Shown here one piece after another: positions 27,576-37,675 of a stretch of DNA of 64,000 nucleotides. This DNA is from Candidatus Coatesbacteria bacterium (lineage in GTDB: Bacteria > RBG-13-66-14 > B26-G2 > JAUVZD01), in the NCBI GenBank assembly GCA_030602715.1, contig JAUVZD010000007.1, forward strand, positions 13,581 through 77,580. The letters run 5' to 3'. A program made the position numbers and the translations under genes. Each line of letters begins with the position of its first letter. Position 1 is the first letter of the stretch. The notes beneath the pieces are model-generated. The model made no database searches. It was not told the origin of the DNA and was given only the letters and a program-made list of their open reading frames with translations.

Positions 27576-28907
27576 TCAATCCCCCATGTACCCAAGCATC
27601 CCCTTGAGCACCACCGCAAGACGCTTCATCTGCCTTCCCCGTTCATACCAGCGAAAAACGGACGGGTCAGCAAAAAACTTCTCTTTTCGCCGGTCGTAAA
27701 AGGAGATAATCGCTTGGGCAATGCCTTCGGTATCCTCGTGGGGAAGAACCCGTCCCGCTCTCAATCTCTCCACCAGCTCCCCTGTCGGCGAGGGGGGAGA
27801 GATGACCAGGATAGGTTTTCCCGCCCGCAGATACTCCGTCGTTTTCAGGGATAGGACTACCTCCCCGGCTCTGCCACGGGGGACGATTAGAAGTAAAAGG
27901 TCGGCGCCCAACATCTCCGAGATAGCCTGAGAATGTCCCACGTGTGGCAGACGCTCAGCCACCCCCTGCCCTTCAAACTCCCCAAAAAGTTCCTCCTCAG
28001 TGATGTCAACAATTCCAACCTGGCGAAAAATTACCCGCCCGCTCAAATCCCCCCTCAACTCCAAAGCACGACGAAGACCTGCCAGAAAATAACCGCCTCC
28101 CCTGCCGGGGTAGAGTGTGCCGGTGTGAACTATCCGAAAACGCCCTTCGGGGTCCTTAGGCGCCGAATCGGCGCAGGCAAAATCCTCTTCATCATATCCG
28201 TTGGGCAAATAGAGCAACTTGCCGGAAAGATGACGCCCATGGTCCTTTAGAAAATCCCGCACCAGAGGGGTGGTTACGGTAATTACCAATGCTGCTTTTC
28301 TTATCAGATACGCTTCAAGCATTGGAGTGAGCAGCAACTCCAGGGGGTGATATTTTACCCGGAAGGGATAGTGGCGCCACAAGTCTCTGAAATCAACGAT
28401 AAGTGGTTTTGCGGTGCGCATGGATAGCATCAGGGCTACAAGTAGATTGGAAGGTGGAGGATGGGTAGCATATATCGCCCGCACCCCATGTTTGCGTATC
28501 GCCTGTAGACCGGCTCTGTAGGCGGAAGGAATCCAGCCCACCACATCATCGGGATAGAGGGCAAATCGCTTGATAATCCTTAGTACACAGATAACCGCCC
28601 GCTTGATGGACGATAACCGCTTTGTTGAATCCCCCCTTCCCCCCTCCATCTTACCCCTTCCAAACCTCTGCCGGGTTGGTATCTTGGGTGAGGGTATGCG
28701 GACAAGGATGCGGGAGAAATCATCCGGCTCCTCACCGGTTAAATCCACAAACCGATAGTCCTTTGAGGTGAGCACCACCGGCAGAAAACCAAGCCTGGAG
28801 AGATACTTCGCCACCTTAACCGTGCGCAGGACGCGCACCCCACCCACTGGAGGATAGAAGTGGGTGACCATCAAGATGGGTATCCTGTGTTTCCCGCTAT
28901 CTTGCAT
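27576..28907 (-). CDS. GT4-family glycosyltransferase
   Basis: FYPPVGG..LR..K..KYL, DFRDLW, PNGYDEEDF, KTTEYLRAGKPIL. Confidence 0.85.
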   Translation of the reverse strand: MQDSGKHRIPILMVTHFYPPVGGVRVLRTVKVAKYLSRLGFLPVVLTSKDYRFVDLTGEEPDDFSRILVRIPSPKIPTRQRFGRGKMEGGRGDSTKRLSSIKRAVICVLRIIKRFALYPDDVVGWIPSAYRAGLQAIRKHGVRAIYATHPPPSNLLVALMLSMRTAKPLIVDFRDLWRHYPFRVKYHPLELLLTPMLEAYLIRKAALVITVTTPLVRDFLKDHGRHLSGKLLYLPNGYDEEDFACADSAPKDPEGRFRIVHTGTLYPGRGGGYFLAGLRRALELRGDLSGRVIFRQVGIVDITEEELFGEFEGQGVAERLPHVGHSQAISEMLGADLLLLIVPRGRAGEVVLSLKTTEYLRAGKPILVISPPSPTGELVERLRAGRVLPHEDTEGIAQAIISFYDRRKEKFFADPSVFRWYERGRQMKRLAVVLKGMLGYMGD

Positions 28908-28966
28908 TGAAAGACCCTTTCGCTCTGGAAAGGGCAAGGTAAATTCTGCAGGCTCTGCTCCTGTTT

Positions 28967-29620
28967 TTACTGGATTATCTTTGCCAGATCAGCGGCGGTA
29001 GAGCCGGCGTCGGGGGACTTGAATATGGCGCTTCCCACCACCACTATGTCCGTCCCGGCATTCACCACCTCGCGGATGTTGGCGGGATCTATGCCCCCAT
29101 CAACCTGAATCTTGGTATCCAACCCGGCGGCTTCTATTGTCTCCCGCATCTTGACCACCTTGGGCAGGACCGAGGGGATGAACTTCTGACCACCGTAGCC
29201 GGGATTCACCGACATCAGCAGGACCAGGTCAATGTCTGAGAGGATGTGAGCCAGGTTGGTGAGTGGGGTAGCTGGATTCAGTGACACCCCTGCCTTACAA
29301 CCCAGCTCGTGGATATAATTTAACATCCTATGCAGGTGGTAGGTGCACTCCGCATGGATGGTTATCCAATCAGCTCCAGCCTTGGCAAAGAGCGGTATCT
29401 GCTCCTCGGGATTAGCCACCATCAGGTGGCAGTCCAGCTCCAGCTTGGTCTTCTGTCTGAGCCAATACACTGTGGACGAGCCGAAGGTTATCTCCGGCAC
29501 GAAATGACCGTCCATAATATCCAGATGAATCATCTCCACCCCTTCCACCGAAACCTCCTTCAATGCCCCCGCCAGATTGGAAAGGTCCGCGGATAACAGC
29601 GAGGGAGCAAGTATTGCCAT
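28967..29620 (-). CDS. rpe: Ribulose-phosphate 3-epimerase
   Basis: APSLLSAD, HLDIMDGHFVP, MSVNPGYGGQKF, VDGGI. Confidence 0.97.
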   Translation of the reverse strand: MAILAPSLLSADLSNLAGALKEVSVEGVEMIHLDIMDGHFVPEITFGSSTVYWLRQKTKLELDCHLMVANPEEQIPLFAKAGADWITIHAECTYHLHRMLNYIHELGCKAGVSLNPATPLTNLAHILSDIDLVLLMSVNPGYGGQKFIPSVLPKVVKMRETIEAAGLDTKIQVDGGIDPANIREVVNAGTDIVVVGSAIFKSPDAGSTAADLAKIIQ

Positions 29621-29751
29621 CGCTCCTCCAATGGGAAGTTAGCACCTCTAATTTTTCCTACCAATTTACGAAAAAATCCCCCTTTTTGCAAGGGGGAAGT
29701 TGACAACACAAGGGAAAAATTTTCCATTGGCGCCTCTACTGCAAGTGAAAC

Positions 29752-30537
29752 CTACTCCGATATCACCACATTGACCTTGTCGCCCTTCCTGGTCTGTGAA
29801 CCCATAGGTGGATTCTGGCGCACCACCTTGCCCGGGGGAACATCCGGATGGGGCTCCTTAATTACCTCACCCAAAAGCAGACCGAACTCCGCCAAGTGCT
29901 TCTGAGCGGAGCTAACATCCAAGCCGACCACTGAGGGCACCAAGATAGTCGCTTTCTCCGAGCCCAGACTGACCAACAGGTCTATCTTTCCACCTCTGGC
30001 GATGGTCTGGTGCGGTTCCGGCGTCTGGGATATGATGCCTCCTTCCGGCACCGCCTCGTCGTGCACCTCGCTTATGTCGCCGATGGAGAGACCCAGCTTG
30101 GAAAGAACAATCTCAGCCTGGCGCACCGAACGACCGCTCAGGTCGGGGATATGCACCAGACCGGTGCCGGAGCTTATCTTCAATTTGATTTTCCGTCCCT
30201 CACGCACCGTCATACCCGCAGCCGGCGACTGCTCAACCACATAGCCCACCGGCAGGTTGGAGTCCACCTCCCCGGCGCTCTCCGCCAGCAGATTGTGGCT
30301 CATCAGTATCTGCTCCGCCTCCTCATAGGTAAGACCGACCACCTCCGGCACCTCCACATCCTGACCACGGCGCATATAGCAGGAGCCGATGCCGAAAACC
30401 ACCAGCAGGTAACTGCCCACCATCACCAAGACGCAGATGACCAGCCATTTTACCGGCCCATACCATTTCTTCTCTGCAAGAGAGCCTCCCTTGCGCTCTA
30501 TCTTCCGCTTACTACCGGAAAGGTCTATCTCCGCCAT
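29752..30537 (-). CDS. Membrane-anchored triple-PASTA-domain protein
   Basis: One TM helix then three VP.V.G...Q.P repeats. Confidence 0.9.
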   Translation of the reverse strand: MAEIDLSGSKRKIERKGGSLAEKKWYGPVKWLVICVLVMVGSYLLVVFGIGSCYMRRGQDVEVPEVVGLTYEEAEQILMSHNLLAESAGEVDSNLPVGYVVEQSPAAGMTVREGRKIKLKISSGTGLVHIPDLSGRSVRQAEIVLSKLGLSIGDISEVHDEAVPEGGIISQTPEPHQTIARGGKIDLLVSLGSEKATILVPSVVGLDVSSAQKHLAEFGLLLGEVIKEPHPDVPPGKVVRQNPPMGSQTRKGDKVNVVISE

Positions 30538-30726
30538 CTACGTAGCCTTCCTCAGGGGAAATTTATTGAAAAATATCTCCCAGATGATACAAAATGTGGG
30601 GCAAATTTTCCAGTATTATTTTTAATTCTTGACTCAGAGGGGAAGACCACATACCAGCACAGGTCCGGTAAAATCTGCAAAAGGCACACTCACTACCGTC
30701 AGATAATTTCACCCGGACAACCAATA

Positions 30727-32094
30727 TCACTCATGCCGGAGTAGGCATAGATAAGTCCCGTCTCCCCCCAACATTCCCGGAAAGATAGTAATCCCCTCCT
30801 CCCACGGCAACTCCGGATAGAGCTCAAAAAGCTCCGCCACCCTCCTTTGAGGCTCAACCAGTGAAAATTTATCGTTTTCCGAAAGGAAACTCTCCACCAC
30901 CCCCCAATTCTCCCTCTTACAAATTGTGCATGTGGAATAGACACACTCACCGCCGGAAGGGAGCACACCAGCCGCTTGCTGTAATAGTTCCAATTGAAGT
31001 TTTGCCATTTGCTCTATATCCTCAGCCTTTAGCCGCCACCTTGCCTCCGGATGCCTGCGCAGAACACCCAGGTTGGAACAGGGAACATCCAGCAGGACCT
31101 TATCGGTATGGAGGACGGGGCTAGCCAAGCCGTCGGCGCAGACGGGGAATATATTGGCAATCCCCAAACGACGGCAGTTCTCCAAAAGCATACCCAGTTT
31201 GGTGAGGTTGCGGTCGCCGGCAACCACCACCGCATCAGGTGCCAACTCCGCCAGTTGGGTCGCTTTCCCCCCCAAGCCGGCACAGGGCTCAAACAGCACG
31301 CTAGCACCCTCCCCGGCTAAAAGCATTGCCGCCAACATCGCCGAGCTGTCCTGAATATAGAAGTAGCCCTGTTTATAGAGCTCGCTTGCGCATAGCCTTC
31401 CGGCGGAAGCGGATACAGTAAGTGCAAAAGACAAGCCCTTCACAGGACCGGCTTTTATTCCCTCATCCGCCAGAAGTTTCATCAGCTCCTCAGCGTCAAC
31501 CTTGGTGCGATTGGCTCTTATTGTAAGGGGCGCCTCCTGATTGTTGGCGGCGCAGAGCTTGCGGGTCGCTTCCTCACCCAGCTCCTCCATCCACATCTCC
31601 ACCAACCAGCGAGGATGGGAATGAAAGGCGCTGATATAGCCCGCTGGGTCGGTGGAAGCGTTGGGCCATTCAATCTTATTCCACTCCCCGACCAAGCGGC
31701 GCAGGACGGCGTTGACCACGCCTGCACCTCGGGGAGCGGTCTCCCTCACCGCCTGCACGGTCTCGTCCAAAGCCGCATAAGCGGGGGTGTTCAGGTGAGT
31801 CAATTGATACAAACCCAAGCGGAGGGCGTTGCGTGCCGTCGGATGAAGCCGACGGAGGGGCTTATCCAGGAAGGGGGTGATGATGTAGTCTAGATAGCCC
31901 CTGAAGCGCAGGACTCCATAGACCAGCTCGGTCAATAGTGCGGAGTCCGACGGGGACAATGCCTCCCCGGTCAAAGCCCCGTCCAGCAGACGGGCGGCGT
32001 ATGCTCCCGCTTCCACTCGGGTCAATAGCTGGAGCGCTAAAAAGCGGACTTTTCCCTTGGGAAGCGGTGAAACTTTATGAGGGGATGAAAGCAT
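30727..32094 (-). CDS. rsmB: 16S rRNA m5C967 methyltransferase (NusB-like + Nol1/Nop2/Fmu)
   Basis: ELVYGVLR, SHPRWLV, YIQDSSAM, LDVPCSNLGVLRRHPE, YSTCT. Confidence 0.92.
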   Translation of the reverse strand: MLSSPHKVSPLPKGKVRFLALQLLTRVEAGAYAARLLDGALTGEALSPSDSALLTELVYGVLRFRGYLDYIITPFLDKPLRRLHPTARNALRLGLYQLTHLNTPAYAALDETVQAVRETAPRGAGVVNAVLRRLVGEWNKIEWPNASTDPAGYISAFHSHPRWLVEMWMEELGEEATRKLCAANNQEAPLTIRANRTKVDAEELMKLLADEGIKAGPVKGLSFALTVSASAGRLCASELYKQGYFYIQDSSAMLAAMLLAGEGASVLFEPCAGLGGKATQLAELAPDAVVVAGDRNLTKLGMLLENCRRLGIANIFPVCADGLASPVLHTDKVLLDVPCSNLGVLRRHPEARWRLKAEDIEQMAKLQLELLQQAAGVLPSGGECVYSTCTICKRENWGVVESFLSENDKFSLVEPQRRVAELFELYPELPWEEGITIFPGMLGGDGTYLCLLRHE

Positions 32095-32254
32095 CTTAGC
32101 TTGATAATAAACTCACCCCACCACCAGGTCAAGGGGAAAGGGATAAGGGGGAAAAATCCGCTTGAAACGGTTTGAATAATCCCATAAATCTCTTTTTACC
32201 CATATTTATAAAAATGGAACCACATAGAATCTCCGCACCCAAGTGTTTTTGTCC

Positions 32255-32282
32255 TTGAAATATCTCCCTGCTTTTGTATAAT
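32255..32282 (+). promoter_or_regulatory. Probable sigma70 promoter giving a ~290-nt leader
   Basis: TTGAAA-16nt-TATAAT. Confidence 0.5.
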
Positions 32283-32578
32283 ATCAGCAATTATTCACCT
32301 ATTCGTTCTTCTCAAGTAGAACGACTTTGTGCACAACGAAAAGGCTGAGAGACTGGCAACTGTTTCATTAGCTAAGTTAGTAAGTTCTCTGGTCAATTCC
32401 AAAGCCCGGGCACATAGACTGCTAAATTATATAGAGCACAAATTAATGGTGAACTTTGATAAATAACTCTCCGGTTTGAGCGAACCGGTTTGGAGTAATA
32501 ACTATCTGCAATAATTTGGATGCCATGCGGCAAAAAAAATCGCTATCAATTTAACCATAAACCCCATCAAAGGAAGAA

Positions 32579-35296
32579 ATGATGAAAAGTTATCTGGCGA
32601 CAATTATTCTAGTTTTGTTCGCCGCCTCCTCTGCCTGGTCGGTAACCTTTGACCAAGCCACGGATATAGTCATCTCCGAGGTCTGTCTGGGCAACCTGGA
32701 GGATACCCGCCTTTCTACAATTGAAGGGATTCAGGAGCAAGGCACTATCATAAGTTCTTTCTCAGACGAAGTTATGGTGCCCTTCAACTCCTATCTCTTC
32801 ATCGTGGACCGGATGCCTGACGCCAACTGGGAGCACCCCTGCCAGTGGGTCTTTGTGGATGTAGCAAGCGGGGAGTTTGCGGTATTTGATATGTTGTCCC
32901 CACCCGGAATACTGTTGATGACAATCATCCACGAACCGCTGGATTTATCAAGTATCGGCGAATATTCCTACGAGAAGATCATTGAGCGCATCCGTGAGGA
33001 GCAGATCAAGATATTCGGGGCGGAAAGCTATGACTTTGACCACAGTCAGCTCAAAGGACAGCGCTACGCCCTGCTCATTGACGGCGGATACGCCCTTTCC
33101 AGCAACTACATCCGCTACTGGGACGATATCGCCTTCATCTACCGAGCCCTGGTCAACTACTACGGCTACGACGAGGACAACGAGATAACCGTCTGCATGT
33201 CCGACGGGGACAACCCCGCTAATGACCGCAACCGCTGGCCCTATTCCGGCTACGACAGCTCACCTACCGACCTGGACGACGACGGAGACCAGGACTATTC
33301 CCTGGACGCCACCCGCTCAACCATCCTCAGCCAACTACAATGGTTGGTTGACAACACCACCGCAGACGACCAGGTCTTCATCTTCACCACCGACCACGGG
33401 GCAAGCGACGGTAGTCTCTGCCTGTGGAATCAACAGTCCCTCTACCCCAATGAATTTGCCGACTATGTTGAAGATATGCCCGCCGAGGTGGTTATCTGCA
33501 CCTTTGAACAATGTTATTCCGGAGCCTTCCCCGACGCCCTGGCTGACGTTGAGGGCTGTATCAGTTGTTCGGCGGTGGATGCTTACCACTCCTCATACGC
33601 CATGGGTCCCGAATATCTCTTTGATACCTTCGTCTTCCATTGGACCTGTGCGGTGAACTGGGCGGAACCCGATTTTGAGGGCTACGACAGCGACCCCATT
33701 GACGCCGACGAAGACGACTCCGGCGAGGTGGAGATGGACGAAGCTTTTGACTATGCCGACTTACACGACACCGACGACTTTGGCTCTCAGTATCAGGACC
33801 CCTCCGAAATAGGCGATGTGACCACCCTCTGGGGTAACACCACCGGCATAAATATCTCCATCACCGACTGGCAGCTCACCGAGACCTCCGGCGACGGCGA
33901 CGGAATTATTGAACCCGGGGAGAGCTACGACCTCACTCCCTATCTGTATAACGGTGGGTCGGCGACCGCCACCGGGGTTGACCTGATTCTGAGCAGTGAC
34001 AGCTCCGATTTAGACATAGATACCGCCACCACTACCTGCCCGGATATCCCCCCGGATACCACCCAGCATCCATCCGTCCCCCTGGCTTTCACCATCCACG
34101 GGGATGTGGACCACAACATACACATTGACTTCAACCTCAATGTCAACACCGACGAGGGCTATGACAAAGACTTCGCCTATCAGATAGGCGTAGTAACCGA
34201 CTACGGTTTCCGTGACTTCGTGGAGAGCGGTGAGGGCTACTGGGAACATGAGGGCGACCACGACCAGTGGCATATCTCCGACACCGCATACTACAGCCCC
34301 ACTCATTGCTGGCGGTGCGGGGATACCGAAGGAACAGGCTACGACAACAATATGGACGCCCACCTCTACAGTCCGTTAATCTTCGTAACCGACGACCCAA
34401 AAGAGACCCCCTACCTCTCCTTCTGGCACCAGTGGGGTATGTATTCAAGTTCCGACGAGTGCTATCTGTTGATTGATGACGGCAGTGGCTTTGTGGAGCT
34501 GGACAACTTCACCGGCGACAGCGGCTCCAACTGGGAAGAGGAGACCTACGACTTGACCGCATACACCGACACTCTGGTTCAGCTGGATTTCAACATGGTA
34601 ACCAACGCTTCGGGGAACGACGAACTGGGCTGGAATGTGGACAACATCATCGTGACCCCCAATCCGTATGTCGGTATAAACGTCTATAACTTCATCACCC
34701 TCTGCGAGGACGGGAAAGTCATCGTCACCTGGCAGTCTCTTGAGGACGTGGGGATAATCGGCTTCAACCTCTATCGCCGAGAGGCAAGCGATACCCTCAA
34801 CCAGAAAACCAATCTCACCGCTTCTCCTGAGGGAATGAACAGCCCGGCAAGTATAATCAACGACTGGCAGAAGCTGAACCAGTCCTTGATTACCGGCACA
34901 AATCCCTATCACTTCGTAGATGAGGATGTAATCCTGGACGTTACCTACCAATACCGTCTGGAAGCGGTCTATGGCGACCACAGCCAGAATGAAGCCGGCT
35001 CCACCATCACCGTTCAGGACCAGACCCAGCCCTTCAGTTATCATCTGGCGCAGAGTTATCCCAACCCCACCACTGGACACCTGACCATAGAATACGCCAT
35101 TCCGGAGAGCGGTGCGGTCTCCCTCAAGGTCTATAACCTGAGCGGTCAGTTGATAGACATTCTGGTTGATGAGCACCAACTGCCCGGCATCTACTCGGTA
35201 AAATGGAACGCCCGGGACCTGGCAAGCGGAGTTTATATCTACACCCTCTCCGCCGGCAATTTCCTCAGCTCCAAGAGACTGGTCTTAAGCAAGTAG
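32579..35296 (+). CDS. Secreted C13/clan CD cysteine peptidase with accessory beta domains and T9SS type-A C-terminal domain
   Basis: Signal peptide; FTTDHG and FEQCYSG (His/Cys dyad); YPNP..VYNLSGQ..SGVYIY..KRLV C-terminus. Confidence 0.82.
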   Translation: MMKSYLATIILVLFAASSAWSVTFDQATDIVISEVCLGNLEDTRLSTIEGIQEQGTIISSFSDEVMVPFNSYLFIVDRMPDANWEHPCQWVFVDVASGEFAVFDMLSPPGILLMTIIHEPLDLSSIGEYSYEKIIERIREEQIKIFGAESYDFDHSQLKGQRYALLIDGGYALSSNYIRYWDDIAFIYRALVNYYGYDEDNEITVCMSDGDNPANDRNRWPYSGYDSSPTDLDDDGDQDYSLDATRSTILSQLQWLVDNTTADDQVFIFTTDHGASDGSLCLWNQQSLYPNEFADYVEDMPAEVVICTFEQCYSGAFPDALADVEGCISCSAVDAYHSSYAMGPEYLFDTFVFHWTCAVNWAEPDFEGYDSDPIDADEDDSGEVEMDEAFDYADLHDTDDFGSQYQDPSEIGDVTTLWGNTTGINISITDWQLTETSGDGDGIIEPGESYDLTPYLYNGGSATATGVDLILSSDSSDLDIDTATTTCPDIPPDTTQHPSVPLAFTIHGDVDHNIHIDFNLNVNTDEGYDKDFAYQIGVVTDYGFRDFVESGEGYWEHEGDHDQWHISDTAYYSPTHCWRCGDTEGTGYDNNMDAHLYSPLIFVTDDPKETPYLSFWHQWGMYSSSDECYLLIDDGSGFVELDNFTGDSGSNWEEETYDLTAYTDTLVQLDFNMVTNASGNDELGWNVDNIIVTPNPYVGINVYNFITLCEDGKVIVTWQSLEDVGIIGFNLYRREASDTLNQKTNLTASPEGMNSPASIINDWQKLNQSLITGTNPYHFVDEDVILDVTYQYRLEAVYGDHSQNEAGSTITVQDQTQPFSYHLAQSYPNPTTGHLTIEYAIPESGAVSLKVYNLSGQLIDILVDEHQLPGIYSVKWNARDLASGVYIYTLSAGNFLSSKRLVLSK

Positions 35297-35323
35297 CGGA
35301 TACAGCGTTTTAACAGCACATTC

Positions 35324-35352
35324 ATCCCGCCCCCTTTTGGGGCGGGATTTTT
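35324..35352 (+). terminator. Intrinsic terminator
   Basis: ATCCCGCCCC-CTTTT-GGGGCGGGAT-TTTT. Confidence 0.8.
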
Positions 35353-35541
35353 CATAAGAATTTTGGAGATGAGATCTCTGATTTTTCAAAGACCCTTTAA
35401 AGCTATTCTGTTTTACTCCTCCAAACTCCTAAGCAAATTATGGATGCAAACAGAGTTCTTATTCTTGACATATTTTCCAGTGTGTGATAAAATTATAAAG
35501 TAATTAAGAGGAAATTAATCTAATATTAAGATGCACAAAAT

Positions 35542-36525
35542 ATGAGGTTAATCGTGTCTAATAAAAGGACAATAATTCTCTTATCCCTGTGTGCAATAAT
35601 TATTGCGACAATTCTTCTCACCTCCTGCGATGAACAAGGAACGCCGAACAATTATATCGTTCCAATAATTGACGATTCATATAATTGTGAATATTTGCGT
35701 TGGTCTCCTGATGGGAGTAAAATCGGATTCTGGGGTGATAACGGTTTTAGTCCTGAATTTTTTATCTGGGATAAAGAAGAAGGGAATGTAATTAAGCTGG
35801 AATTATATGGACCAGCCATTGATTCTACTCCTTTTGATATAGAATATATTTCAGGATTAGCTTGGACGTTAGATGGAGAATATCTGCTGTGTTCTGTAAA
35901 AATAGATGATTATAAAAGCTTTAAGGAGCTCTGGCAGGTTTCCATTGCTGATGGTTACTCCGAGAAGATAGAAATGCCTCAAGGTCAACAACCCAGTTAT
36001 CCTGAGGTATCCCCGGATGGAGAATGGTTGACCTATTCAATCAAAGAAAACGAAATGTGGAACATCTGGAAGGTAGCAATTCAATCAGGGATGCCCATAA
36101 CCACCATTGGTGTGCCGATTAAAATTACTTTCGATGGCGGCGGTTTGTCACGCTGGTCCCCGGATGGATCAAAATTTGCGTATTATGGTAACTACTATAC
36201 TCAGTATTCATGTCTCTACACTATACCAGTTTCTGGGGGTGAACCAACAATAATCACCCCTTTCGATTTTAAAGTCCGTGAGTGGTTAACATGGTCTCCG
36301 GACGGGGACTGGTTGGTTTATTGTTATAACCAACATTATGGCCCAATGGAGTTGTGGAAGATACCCTCAGTTGGCGGAACACCCCAGCAAATTACGGAGT
36401 TCGAAGAAGAATCCCAAATATTTTATGGAGATTCTTGCCCAGATTGGTCTCCTGATGGCGAGTGGATAGCTTTTATAAGTGACGGTAGAAATTATGGGTC
36501 TGTATTCTTGATAAAGATGCAATAG
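35542..36525 (+). CDS. TolB-like PD40/WD40 beta-propeller lipoprotein
   Basis: Lipobox LLTSC; repeated WSPDG motifs; promoter TTGACA-17-TAAAAT at 35465-35493. Confidence 0.85.
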   Translation: MRLIVSNKRTIILLSLCAIIIATILLTSCDEQGTPNNYIVPIIDDSYNCEYLRWSPDGSKIGFWGDNGFSPEFFIWDKEEGNVIKLELYGPAIDSTPFDIEYISGLAWTLDGEYLLCSVKIDDYKSFKELWQVSIADGYSEKIEMPQGQQPSYPEVSPDGEWLTYSIKENEMWNIWKVAIQSGMPITTIGVPIKITFDGGGLSRWSPDGSKFAYYGNYYTQYSCLYTIPVSGGEPTIITPFDFKVREWLTWSPDGDWLVYCYNQHYGPMELWKIPSVGGTPQQITEFEEESQIFYGDSCPDWSPDGEWIAFISDGRNYGSVFLIKMQ

Positions 36526-36701
36526 ACCATCAAAATAAACAAAAAAATTCTCCCCCCGCAAAATCAGCTTGTGGGGTTTTTTTGCTTCAGATTATCCCCC
36601 TCTCCAAAAACATCCTCATAGCCACCAACTCCACCATCCACTTGACATCCCCCCCAAAAGAGTTATAATTCATACAATTACACCTTAAAAAGGAGCACAC
36701 T

Positions 36702-37424
36702 TTGACCAGGATAACCTCCCTTGCAGGGACCGTCCTACTTCTGCTCTCCGCCCTCTCCTATTCCGCGCCCCCGCTGGTCGTCGTCCTCTATTCAACCGCA
36801 GTCTGGGGACCACACTGCCCAAAGACCGAGAACGCCTGCTCCGCCATCCTTAACGAGCTGGGCGAGGAGCGCTTCTGCCCCTTAGCCCTGCACATCGGCG
36901 ATGAATTCTACACTTCGGCTGTGGACCGGTGGGTGGAACATTATCAAGTTGAGTACATTCCCGCCCCGGTGCTGGACGGCTCCTACGATGTCAACCGTGG
37001 TATAGACTACGACGCCCTCCTCCCCCTGGTGGAGAAACGCCTGCTGGAGGAAAGACCTATCGCCCTGGAAATTGACGGGGAGATAGCCGAAGAGGGTGAC
37101 AGTGTAAATGTAACCGTCTCCATCACCCCGGAGGTGGAATCATTTTTCAAAGAGGAGGACTCAGAAAAATTGACCCTGGTGGTTTTCCTGCGGGAGGATG
37201 GTCTCTATTTTACCGGGGTCACGCACCAGTTCATCTGCCGGGACCTGTATATGGAGGAGGTAACCATCGTCTCACACAACCAGACCACAACCGTGGAGCA
37301 CAGCTTCCCCCTGGCAAAGGACTGGAGCAAGTCAAATTTAAGCGTGGGGGCGTTTATCCAGGACTTTACCAAGCCCCTGCAAGAATATAGCGTGTATAAC
37401 GGTGCTTTTGACGACGATCTCTAG
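36702..37424 (+). CDS. Omp28-related exported protein (thioredoxin-like + Ig-like)
   Basis: STAVWGPHCP, LHIGDEF, YIPAPVLDG, LREDGL, HQFICRD, VGAFIQD. Confidence 0.7.
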   Translation: MTRITSLAGTVLLLLSALSYSAPPLVVVLYSTAVWGPHCPKTENACSAILNELGEERFCPLALHIGDEFYTSAVDRWVEHYQVEYIPAPVLDGSYDVNRGIDYDALLPLVEKRLLEERPIALEIDGEIAEEGDSVNVTVSITPEVESFFKEEDSEKLTLVVFLREDGLYFTGVTHQFICRDLYMEEVTIVSHNQTTTVEHSFPLAKDWSKSNLSVGAFIQDFTKPLQEYSVYNGAFDDDL

Positions 37425-37459
37425 CAGCATCTCTAATCTGTATGGAGGTCTTACCAGGT

Positions 37460-37675
37460 ATGAACATCAAGAAAAACCCCAATCACAGACTATATATTCA
37501 AGTGCTGAGGCAGATGTCGCCCGAGCAAAGGTTGCTCAAGGCATTTGAGTTGTCCGAATTTTCCAAGGAGCTCTTTATCCATGGATTGCATAAAAGATTC
37601 CCCCATCTTTCCGATGAAGAATTCAACAAATTGCTACTGGAGCGATTGGATAAATGTCACAACAGGAACTATTAA
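37460..37675 (+). CDS. Small protein partnered with the downstream nucleotidyltransferase
   Basis: QMSPEQRL..AFELS...GL..RFP motif; overlaps the next gene. Confidence 0.65.
   Translation: MNIKKNPNHRLYIQVLRQMSPEQRLLKAFELSEFSKELFIHGLHKRFPHLSDEEFNKLLLERLDKCHNRNY

Noticed and set aside
27503-27576. glmS ribozyme
   Set aside because: Intergenic space too short and no consensus seen.
32326-32440. TPP, c-di-GMP or lysine riboswitch
   Set aside because: Only isolated fragments match (e.g. GCTGAGA); the other core motifs are absent.
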